Positions 51,998 through 64,000 of a stretch of 64,000 nt of DNA are shown here, piece after piece. Source of the DNA: Eledone cirrhosa (lineage: Eukaryota); assembly GCA_964016885.1 (NCBI GenBank), contig OZ024745.1:101742001-101806000 (forward strand). Reading direction: 5' to 3'. The notes below the pieces were generated by a model that ran no database searches, was not told where the DNA came from, and worked only from the letters and a program-made list of their open reading frames with translations. The position numbers were made by a program, and so were the translations under genes. The stretch's first letter is position 1. Each line of letters begins with the position of its first letter.

Positions 51998-53565
51998 ATC
52001 ATCATCATCATCATCATCATCATCAACGTTTAACGTCCGTGTTCCACGCTTGCATGGGTTTGGACGGGGGTAGTCCCACTTGAGGCAAGAGTGATTGTCT
52101 TGCTCGCATAGGACTGTCTGGCAGGTTTTCTACAGTTGGATGCCCTTCCTAACACCAACCACATTTACAGTGTGGGTCTGGGAGGTTTTTACCGTGTTGC
52201 CTACACGGCCACATTACAGCGTGGACTGTGTGTTTTTTTGTCGTGACACCTACACGATCTCATTTGTTTCGGCCTCGGTGGCGCGGCACCAACATAACTT
52301 TACATAGAACGGGGTGGTGTGGATCGGGTGGGGGTGGTGGTGGTGGGACGGGGTGTATTTTGTTAGAGATGCCTACTGGCTGGAGTAGGTTTTACTATAT
52401 ATTTAGGTAAGGCGGGTCTTCTCTGTTACTGAGTACCGCCAAAGGTCTCGGTCCAGTGACATTGTCTTGGAGAGGTGTAAGTGTGTGATGTCGGAGTTTA
52501 TCAGCTCGTCCCAGGTTTTTCTAGGTCTGCCTATTCCGTGACTACCGTCTATCTTTATTGCCCTGCACTTTGTTATACAGCTATCGACTTTCATGCGCAT
52601 CACGTGTCCATACCAACGTAGCCTTCTCTCGAGTAAACAACATCTGATCCCTCTTATCTCTAATTTTTTCCTTAGTTCGTTTATGCTTTGCCGTTCACGT
52701 ATATTACTGTTACACATCCAGCGGAGCATGCAAGCTTCGTTCCTCTCTAGTCTGCGTATATCCTCTGCACACAATGCCCAGGTCTCGCTGCCATGCAGCA
52801 TTGCTGTTCGTATGCAGGCATCGTACAACCTGCCTTTCATTTTTCGTGAGAACCCTTTAGCAGCTAATAGTGGTATAAGCTCTCTGAACTTTTTCCAACC
52901 AGTTCTGACTCTAGCTACAGTACTTTCAGAGCACCCTCCCCCACTGCTGATTTTATCGCCCAGGTAACGGAAGCTGTCCACTATTTCTATAGAACCCTCT
53001 GCGCAATTGAAAGAGCTAGTAGTTTGTGGGCACTTGCTGCTACTTATTGCACCAGAGCACCGGCCACATGTAAAATCTATGTTCTTAGTTAGCTTACCTG
53101 TGATCCCACTACATCTTTTATGCACCCATACTTTGCATTTAGGACATAAAATGGAGTTTCTACCTACGCCTTTCCTACACACCGAGCACGACCATTTCCC
53201 AGAAGGGACCGCCGCCTTGTTTTCTTTCCTACAAACTAGTACTTTGGTCTTAGCCAGGTTAATTTTAAGTCCTTTTGACTCTAGGCCGTGCTTCCATGTT
53301 TGGAATTTCTTCTCTAGCTCGGCCATTGATTCCGCTATGAGTGTCAGGTCGTCTGCGTATAGGAGTTCCCATGGGCAGCCTGTCTTGAACTCCTCTGTTA
53401 TAGCCTGAAGGGCAATAATAAATAGTAGTGGGCTGAGAACAGAGCCCTGATGGACGCCAACTTTTACGCTAAACTCTTCACTATATTCGTTGTTAATTCT
53501 AACCTTGCTGACTGTTTCTTTATACATGGCTTGTATAGCCCTCACAAGCCATTCGTCAACGCCTA
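51998..53565 (-). mobile_element. RTE family A, 5'-truncated, young
   Basis: GVDEW..KTRLT open frame; near-identical to 7727-9285. Confidence 0.95.
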
Positions 53566-53812
53566 TGTATATATATGTATATATATGTATATATATATAT
53601 GTATATATATGTATATATATGTATATATATATATGTATATATATGTATATATATGTATATATATATATGTATATATATGTATATATATGTATATATATAT
53701 ATGTATATATATGTATATATATATATGTATATATATGTATATATATATATGTATATGTATATATATATATGTATATATATGTATATATATATATGTATAT
53801 GTATATATATAT

Positions 53813-56800
53813 AGAGAATGCAAGCACTCCGCCTTGTTTCGGCCCAGGATGGCTAACATAACCCCATCCCCCCCGCGCCCCACCCCTCCCACCCTCCAAA
53901 CGGAATCCAAAACTTCAGAGTTGGTACCATGAATGTAGGCACCTTAAAGGGTCGCTCTAACGAGGTTGTAGAAATGCTTGAACGTAAGGAGGTCGATGTT
54001 TGTTGTATTCAAGAGACCAGGTGGAGGGGAGGGTCGGCTAGATTCATCGTGGGTAAAGAACGATGCTATAAGCTTTTCTGGGTGGGAAATGACAATGGGT
54101 TGGGTGGGGTAGGAATCATGGTAGCAGAAAAGTGGGCAGATAAGATAATAGACGTAAATAGAGTGAACGACAGAATAATTAAAATAAGACTTGTCCTCAA
54201 TAAAACTACGGTGACAGTAATATCTGCGTACGCACCACAATCCGGACTGCCCGGTGCTATAAAAGACAGATTCTACGAGACACTGATGCTCGCTACCTCC
54301 CAAATAACCGACAGTGACTATATAGTTATTGCAGGCGACCTAAATGGTCACGTTGGACAGCATTGTGACGGCTATGATGGAATCCATGGAGGCTATGGGT
54401 TCGGTACTAGAAATGAGGAAGGCTCCAGAATCCTGGAATTCTGCGACGCAAATAACTTAACTATCTGTAACACTAACTTCAAAAAACGAGACAATCACTT
54501 GATCACCTATAGATCGGGGGAACACACAAGCCAGGTAGATTATATCCTTACCAGAAGACGTGACAGAGTGTCTGTTGTTAACACTAAATCCCTCCCCCAT
54601 GAAGAATTCACCTCCCAACATAGACTGATAATTAGCGACCTCATAGTCAGGACGAGACGTACTAGACAGCGGAAGAGGACTATCCTCAGGAGAAAAATAT
54701 GGAAGCTAAAGGACCCCATAGCCAGAAATAAATTTCAAAGCATATTACTTGACGCTTTCGACAGTAAGGAAGAGCAATTAGAGTCGTATAATATAGAGGA
54801 ACAGTGGGAATTCCTGAGAGCAAACCTGCTGACGGCGGCAGACGAAGTCTGTGGCTGGAGCAGGCCTGTAGGTAGGAGGAGAGTAACATGGTGGTGGAAC
54901 AGTAAGGTGGAGGAGTCAATTAAGGCCAAAAAGCAGGCTTGGAAAGCATGACGGGATGGGGGAAGTAGAGAAGACTATCAGGTAGCCAGGAGGGAAGCTA
55001 GGAGACAAGTGTACTTCGCAAGAAGGGAAGCAGAGGAAAGAAAGTTCAAGCATGTTCTACAACGTGAGGACCAAAAACGTGAGGTGTTCAGGATTGCCAG
55101 GCAATGTGTCAAGGAAAACCGTGATATTGTCGGGGAGAAGTGTGTGCTTAACGATGATGGCATACTTGCCATCACCGACGCTGATAAGAAGGTAGCTTGG
55201 AAGTGTCACTACGAAAGGCTTCTAAATGAGGAGAACAAATGGGAGAAAGACAGTCTCCCCCACATCGACCCAATAGAGGGACCAGCAGTGTTAGTCCAGG
55301 GTAGTACAATAAGCAAGGCAATCAAAGATATGAAGACGGGTAAGGCGGCTGGTCCGTTGGAAATAGTTGCTGAGATGCTGAAGGCATCTGGTTCGGTGGG
55401 ACACACCATGGTCACCTGGATAGTTAACCAAGTCGTACAGAATGGGGTTGTTCCGAAGGACTGGCGTAGCAGCATCATCGTTAACTGCTATAAGGGAAAA
55501 GGAGATGCCCTAGATAGGAGTAACTATAGAGGCATTAAATTAATCGACCAGGTCATGAAGGTCACGGAAAAAGTAATAGCGCAACTAATCAGAGAGAGAA
55601 TTGATCTAGATGAAATGCAGTTTGGGTTTGTGTCAGGCAAAAGTACCACAGACGCTCTTTTCATTGTACGACAACTACAGGAGAAGTACCTAGCTAAAAG
55701 TAAACCGCTATACTTAGCTTTCGTCGACTTGGAGAAAGCCTTCGACAGAGTCCCCCGTTCCATTATCTGGTGGTCTCTTAGAAAACTAGGTGTCGACGAA
55801 TGGCTTGTGAGAGCTATACAAGCCATGTATAAAGAAACAGTCAGTAAGGTTAGAATTAACAACGAATATAGTGAAGAGTTTAGCGTAAAAGTTGGTGTTC
55901 ATCAGGGCTCTGTTCTTAGCCCCCTACTATTTATTATTGCCCTTCAGGCTATAACAGAGGAGTTCAAGACTGGCTGCCCACGGGAACTCCTATACGCAGA
56001 TGATCTAACGCTCATAGCTGAATCAATGACCGAACTAGAGAAGAAATTCCAAACATGGAAGCACGGCCTAGAATCAAAAGGCCTTAAAATTAACCTGGCT
56101 AAGACTAAAGTTCTAGTTTGTAGGAAAGAAAATAAGGCGGCGGTCCCATCTGGGAAATGGCCATGCTCAGTGTGTAGGAAAGGCGTAGGTAGAAACTCCA
56201 TTTCATGTCCCAAATGCAAAGTATGGGTGCATAAAAGATGTAGTGGGATCACAGGTAAGCTAACTAAGAACATAGATTTTACATGTGGCCGGTGCTCTGG
56301 TGCAATAAGTAGCAGCAAGTGCCCACAAAATACTAGCTCCTTCAACTGCGCAGAGGGTTCTATAGAAATAGTGGACAGCTTCCGTTACCTGGGTGACAAA
56401 ATCAGCAGTGGGGGAGGGTGCTCTGAAAGTACAGTAGCTAGAGTCAGAACTGGATGGAAAAAGTTCAGAGAGCTTATACCACTATTAGCCGCTAGAGGGT
56501 TCTCCCTAAAAATGAAAGGCAGGTTATACGATGCCTGCATACGAACAGCAATGCTGCATGGCAGTGAGACCTGGGCATTGTGTGCAGAGGATATACGCAG
56601 ACTAGAGAGGAACGAAGCTTGCATGCTCCGCTGGATGTGCAATAGTAATATACGTGAACGGCAAAGCATAAACGAACTAAGGAAAAAATTAGAAATAAGA
56701 GGGATCAGACGTTGTTTACTCGAGAGAAGGCTACGTTGGTACGGTCACATGATGCGCATGAAAGACGACAGCTGTATAACAAAGTGCAGGGCAATAAAGA

Positions 56801-57336
56801 TAGACGGTAGCCACGGAGTAGGCAGACCCAGAAAAACATGGGACGAGCTGATAAATTCCGACCTCACACGCTTACACCTCTCCAAGACAATGTCACTGGA
56901 CCGAGACCTTTGGCCGTACTCAGTAATAGAGAAGACCCGCCTTACCTAAATACAAAGTAAAAACCTACTACAGTCAGTAGGCATCTCTATCAAACCCCCC
57001 CCCCCCCCCCCGTCCCACCACCTCCACCCCATCCACACCGCCCCTTTCAGTGTACAGTTATGTTGGCCCCACAACATCCAGGCCGAAACAAATGAGATCG
57101 TGTAGGTGTCACGACATAAAAACACACAGTCCACGCTGTAAATGTGGCCGTGTAGGCAACACGGTAAAAACCTCCCAGCCCCACACTGTAAATGTGGTTG
57201 GTGTTAGGAAGGGCATCCAACTGTAGAAAACCCGCCAGACAGTCCTATGCGAGCAAGACAACCACTCTTGCCTCAAGTGGGAAAACCCCCGTCCAAACCC
57301 ATGCAAGCGTGGAACAAGGACGCTAAACCTGATGAT
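53813..57336 (+). mobile_element. RTE family A, essentially full length
   Basis: APE ORF 53929-54951 and RT ORF to 56949 in the same frame, separated by one TGA (W in other copies); 3' UTR; GAT tail. Confidence 0.95.
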
Positions 57337-58586
<1,250 letters not shown>

Positions 58587-59489
58587 ATCATCATCATCAT
58601 TTTACGTCCGCTTTTCCCTGCTTGCAAGGGTGGGACGGGTCTTATTCAGCACAGCATCTCTCCACTCGTCACGGTCCCTCGTCATCTCCACCGTGAGCTT
58701 CAATGATCTGAGGTCTGTTCTCACCACCTCCGCCCATGTTTTTCGTGGTCTACCTCTACTACGTCTTCCTTCAACTGGCATTTCCTGGCACTTCTTCACC
58801 CATCGGTCATCCTCCATGCGCATCACATGTCCATACCACCTCAGTCTCCTCTCCCGTACACTACATTCTATCCCTCTCAGACACAGTTTCTCTCTCAACA
58901 CATTTATGCTGGGTCGTTCACGCACATTTACACTGCACATCCAACGGAGCATGCTTGCCTCATTTCTCTCCAGCCGTCGCATATCTTCTGCGGTAGCTGC
59001 CCATGTCTCACTACCATGCAGCATCGCGCTCCTCACACAGGCATCATACAACCGGCCTTTCGTACGCAGGGAGAAACCCTTCTTCGTCAACAGAGGAAGC
59101 AGCTCCCTAAACTTCTTCCAACCCGTCCTTATTCTAGATACTATGGCCTCGGAACACCCTCCTCCCATGCTAATCTGATCTCCTAGGTACCGGAAGCTAT
59201 CCACCACTTCTATAGCGCCCTCTCGCATTTGAAAAATGTGTCTATCAGTGCGACTTCTACTGTCTAATTTCCCTGTACATCTACTGCATACATATTTCTC
59301 CCTACCTGTTAGTTTGCCTGCTATCCCGCTACATCTCTTGTGTACCCAGGACCTACATTGTGTGCATTTTATAGAATTTATGCCAGTTCCTTTTCTGCAT
59401 ATCGAACATGGCCATTTCACTGACGGAATCAGGGTTTTGTCCTCTTTTCTACTCATCAACACTTTTGTCTTAGCTAGATTTACTCTCAT
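58587..59489 (-). mobile_element. RTE family B 3' fragment, open frame
   Basis: [12 protein letters not shown]-like finger..FRYLG..REKRT* directly followed by the (GAT)n tail. Confidence 0.95.
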
Positions 59490-59526
59490 GTATATATGTA
59501 TATATATATATGTATATATATATATG

Positions 59527-59557
<31 letters not shown>

Positions 59558-60158
59558 GTATATATGTATATATATATATATGTATATATATATGTATATA
59601 TATATATGTATATATATGTATATGTATATATGTATATATATATATGTATATATATGTATATATGTATATATATATATGTATATATATGTATATATATATA
59701 TGTATATATATATATGTATATGTATATATGTATATATATATATGTATATATATGTATATATATATATATATGTATATATATGTATATATATATATGTATA
59801 TGTATATATGTATATATGTATATGTATATATGTATATATATATATGTATATATATATATGTATATGTATATATGTATATATATATATGTATATATATATA
59901 TGTATATATATATATGCATATATGTATATATGTATATATATATATGTATATATGTATATGTGTATATATATATGTGTATATATATATGTGTATATATATA
60001 TGTGTATATATATATGTGTCTATATATATGTGTCTATATATATATGTGTCTATATATATATGTGTCTATATATATATGTGTCTATATATATATGTGTATA
60101 TATATGTATATGTGTATATATATATATGTGTATGTATAGGTGTATATATATATAGGTG

Positions 60159-60205
<47 letters not shown>

Positions 60206-60637
60206 ATATGTGTATATATATATATGTATATATACATGTATATATGTATATATATGTATATATATATATATGTATGTGTATATATGTATATATATATGTA
60301 TATGTATATATGTATGTATATATATATGTATATGTATATATGTATGTATATATATATGTATGTGTATATATGTATATATATATATGTATGTGTATATATG
60401 TATATATATATGTATGTATATATATATATATGTATGTGTATATATGTATATATATATGTATGTGTATATATGTATATATATATGTATGTGTATATATGTA
60501 TATATATATGTATGTGTATATATGTGTATATATATATGTATGTATATATACATGTATATATGTATATATGTATGTATATATGTATATATGTGTATATATG
60601 TATATATATATATATGTGTATATATATATATATATGT
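59490..60637. repeat. (TA)n/TG array
   Basis: ~1.15 kb visible repeat. Confidence 0.95.
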
Positions 60638-60801
60638 ACGTCTGCTAACTCTCTAGCCCACTAAATATTAACACTTCGAATATTTAATACTGCCGGCACT
60701 AGTATCGAGCACCTTTGGCATATGCTACTTGTCAAATAACTATATGTATCACCTATCCCTCCTTTTTCTCTCTTTCTCGATACGTAAATACTATATATAT
60801 A

Positions 60802-62375
60802 TCATCATCATCACCGTTTTACGTCCGTTCTTCCACGCTAGCATGGGTTAGACGGGTTGTCCTGTTGTGGGCAGTGGCTGGTCGGCTGACCATGCCTTGC
60901 TCATACAGGAACTGATCTGGCTTGATTTCTACAGTGTGATGCCCTTCCTAACACCAACCTCATTTACAGTGAGTGCTGGGTGCTTTTTCGTGGCGCCTAC
61001 ACGTCCACTTTACAGTGTGGGCTGGGTGCTTTTTTGCCGTGGCACCTCCACGACCACCTTGCGGTGGGGGAAGTGGGGGCATATTGTTTATATGCTTCAG
61101 CATGTACCCATGGGAGGTCGGGTACCCTGTATTACTGCGTGACGCCAGAAGTCACAGTCATGTGTCATTGTCTTTGAGAGGTGTAGTTGGGTAAGGTCGG
61201 CTTTTATCACCTCATCCCAGGTCATCTTGGGTCTCCCCACTCCGCGGTTTCCATCAACTTCTAGTGCTCTGCACCTTTTTATGCAGCTGTCATCCTTCAT
61301 ACGCATCACATGTCCATACCAGCATAACCGCCTCTCCTGCACGCAGCATTTGATTCCTCTTATGCTCAGTCTCTCTCTCAATTCCTTTATGCTTTGTCGT
61401 TCACGTATATTACTGTTACACATCCATCGGAGCATGCAGGCTTCGTTTCTCTCTAATCTACGTAAGTCTTCCACCTTCAGCGCCCAGGTCTCGCTACCAT
61501 GCAACATCGCTGTTCGGATACACGCATCATACAGTCTGCCTTTCATTCTGAGGGAGAAGCCTTTTGCAGCTAGCAGTGGTAGTAGTTCCCTAAACTTCTT
61601 CCATCCCGTTTTTACCCTAGTTATTGTACTTTCTGAGCAGCCACCTCCGTTGCTAATTCGGTCACCTAGGTAGCAGAAGCTGTCTACTGTTTCTACAGGG
61701 CCCTCCCAGAGATTGGTGGTACTTGTTTCCTGTGGCTGTTTGCTTGCTGTTTCAGCACAGCTGCTGCATGTGAATCCTACATTCTTAATTAAGCTTCCTG
61801 AGATCCCGCTACATCTCTTGTGTACCCATTGTTTGCATTTCGGGCAGAGAATGGAGTTCCTACCTACACCTTTCCTACATACTGAGCAAGGCCATTTCCC
61901 TGAGGGGATCTGGGTTCTGTTTTCTCGTCTACTTATAAGAACCTTAGTCTTTGTCATGTTGACTTTGAGGCCCTTTCTCTCTAGTCCCTGCTTCCAGGTT
62001 TGGAATTTACTCTCTAGTTCTACCATAGATTCAGCTATGAGTGCGAGCTCATCAGCATACAGGAGTTCCCATGGGCATCCGGTCTTAAACTCCTCCGTTA
62101 TTGCCTGCAGGACTATGATGAACAGGAGAGGGCTAAGAACAGAGCCCTGGTGGACCCCAACCTGTACGCTAAATTCCTCGCTATACTCATTGCTAATCCT
62201 AACTTTGCTGACTGCTCCCCTATACATGGCTTGTACCGCTTTCACAAGCCATTCATCTACTCCTAGTTTTCTAAGAGCCCACCAGATTACTGCACGTGGA
62301 ACTCTGTCAAAGGCTTTCTCAAGGTCGACAAATGCCAAGTAGAGTGGCTTACTTTTAGCTAGGTACTTTTCCTGT
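60802..62375 (-). mobile_element. RTE family C, 5'-truncated
   Basis: QEKYL..FVDLEKAFD..YADE (catalytic D mutated)..PHD-like finger; 3' UTR with related module; (GAT)n tail. Confidence 0.9.
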
Positions 62376-62477
62376 ATGTATATGTATATATATGTATATG
62401 TATATATATGTATATATATGTATATGTATATATATGTATATATATGTATATGTATATATAGGTATATGTATATATAT

Positions 62478-63200
62478 GATAAAGAACACAAGAGCGTCTA
62501 CAACATCAAAAGATTTTTCTTGGCTTACAATGTTTTTTCCTTACGTAACCATAGGATTCGTCAGAGCTATAAAAGAGGTTTGATTGGTGTTATGGACTCT
62601 ACCAACCAAACATTCAAGAACAAAGAGTAAAGAGAGTAAAGAGCAAAAGTAGGGGACGATAAGTCTAATTTTGGTGCGGGAGGGTGGGGTGTGGGTCCTT
62701 GTTTACTAGCCGGGAGTCGAGTGGTTAGTTGAGCCATAGATGGGGTGGCGTCGATAGTAGGGTGCAGAGGGTGTGCAGAGGCTACACACACATAAAGGGC
62801 ATACAATATATATATAACGGAGGAGAAAGTACATGAGGTAATTAGAAATGGAAAAAGAGTAATAATAATAATCTATAATTAATAATGTATAATAAGGCAT
62901 GGGGAAGATTACACTATAATAAGGTATAAAAGTAAGAATAAGGTAAAATATAAAGGAGGATAAAAGTGAAAATAAGAATAAAGATAAAAAATATATATAT
63001 AAAAAAAATATATAGAGAATATATAAAGAAATATAAGCAAGTATTTGAAGGGGAAAACACAATGTAAAAAAAACCGATTTTTTTTTCAAATAAAAATATT
63101 ATAAATATGGGGGGAGAAAACGGGATAGAGAAATATGATCAAATGTGATTTGTTGAGAGAATATAAGATGATAATAGTTATGTCAAGTTTATACATCTTA
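62478..63200 (-). mobile_element. PLE pLTR / 3' UTR remnant with degenerate hammerhead at 62521-62569
   Basis: Minus: TAGCT CTGACGA ATCCT..AGGA AAAAA CATTG TA AGCCA (G12 lost); pyrimidine-rich UTR resembling 16800-17500. Confidence 0.6.
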
Positions 63201-63295
63201 ATAATAAATAATCTGTATATCAGAGTTACAGATCCTTCAATTCACTTACAGGTTCAAGCCACGTGGCATAGTCCATTGTTCATCTGTGCGGTCAC

Positions 63296-64000
63296 GTGCG
63301 TTTGTTTTTGACACCACAGCAGATGCACAAGTTCGTAAATTCCAATGCAGATAGAAATCTATTTTTGCTCACCCAGACATTGACGGAGGATCCAATATTC
63401 CTAGTTCAATATGTGTGGTGTTATTTTGGTCGCACAAATCAATCACTTGGTTCAATATTATGGAGTATGGTTTTCTGGTCTTCGTAACAGTGTCAGTGGT
63501 TGTATATCTCGAAATCACAAGGATCACAGTACTCCGGTTTGGTGTGATTATCGGTCATCCAACTATGTTGTCGGTGGTTGGATTCAATTCTATTGCCCCG
63601 AACGTAGAACTTTGGTGTCGATTGAACATTAACGAGGCAGAGTGAGATCGCATCTGTGGTACAAAACGGTATGCAAGGAAATTCTTCGTCTTCATTTCAT
63701 CCGGGTCCAGCAGTCACGTGCAAGAACCGCTACGTAGTAATTGTGAGGGTAATCGGTCAAGATAGTAACTGACCGAAAATTCTCTTAGGAATTCAGACAT
63801 GCATGACAGGTACATTTAGGTCGGCAGTTTCTTTATGTGTACGTGTGTCCGATACACACAGACACATATTTATATGTATTTCAACTCAAAAAATTCAGTT
63901 GATTCACTTATTGATATTATATCTCTGTTGCTCCGATGTGCATGTTGTGGTGTTCTGGTCGTATTTAGCATTCACTGTGTTTTGCCATTACCTTGGAATG
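63296..64000 (+). pseudogene. Decayed PLE GIY-YIG region and pLTR
   Basis: YFGRTNQSLGS/IME resembles YIGxTxxxLxxRxxEH; hammerhead-like 3' half GGTCA..TGACC GAAA ATTC..GAAT TC at ~63755-63794. Confidence 0.4.

Noticed and set aside
54949-54951. Programmed UGA readthrough in the RTE
   Set aside because: Sibling copies have TGG; simple nonsense mutation

Overview
AT-rich eukaryotic, essentially non-genic DNA. The SINE and RTE repertoire suggests an octopod cephalopod (inference). It is dominated by mobile elements. There are about ten RTE-clade LINE copies from three families, whose RT carries an inserted PHD-type C4HC3 finger; one copy is nearly full length with a single stop. There are two Penelope-like elements (PLEs, Naiad-type, GIY-YIG) plus many PLE terminal remnants, tRNA-derived SINEs, small Helitrons, piggyBac-like TTAA MITEs, mariner/Tc1 relics, a CR1-group LINE tail, minisatellites and very long (TA)n/TG arrays that appear to act as insertion sinks. 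Only one weak host-exon candidate was seen. The most notable signal is a set of sequence-unrelated small fold-back elements in (TA)n. Several carry hammerhead ribozymes, and one is a retrozyme-like 373/439-nt repeat. At least seven PLE-type ends share a covarying bulged hairpin, RCTC-[stem-loop]-YY-GAGY, 30-90 nt from the 3' end. In four fold-backs the inverted arm stops 4-9 nt before this hairpin, suggesting an undescribed cis-signal for PLE retrotransposition. All structures were found by eye and need computational confirmation.
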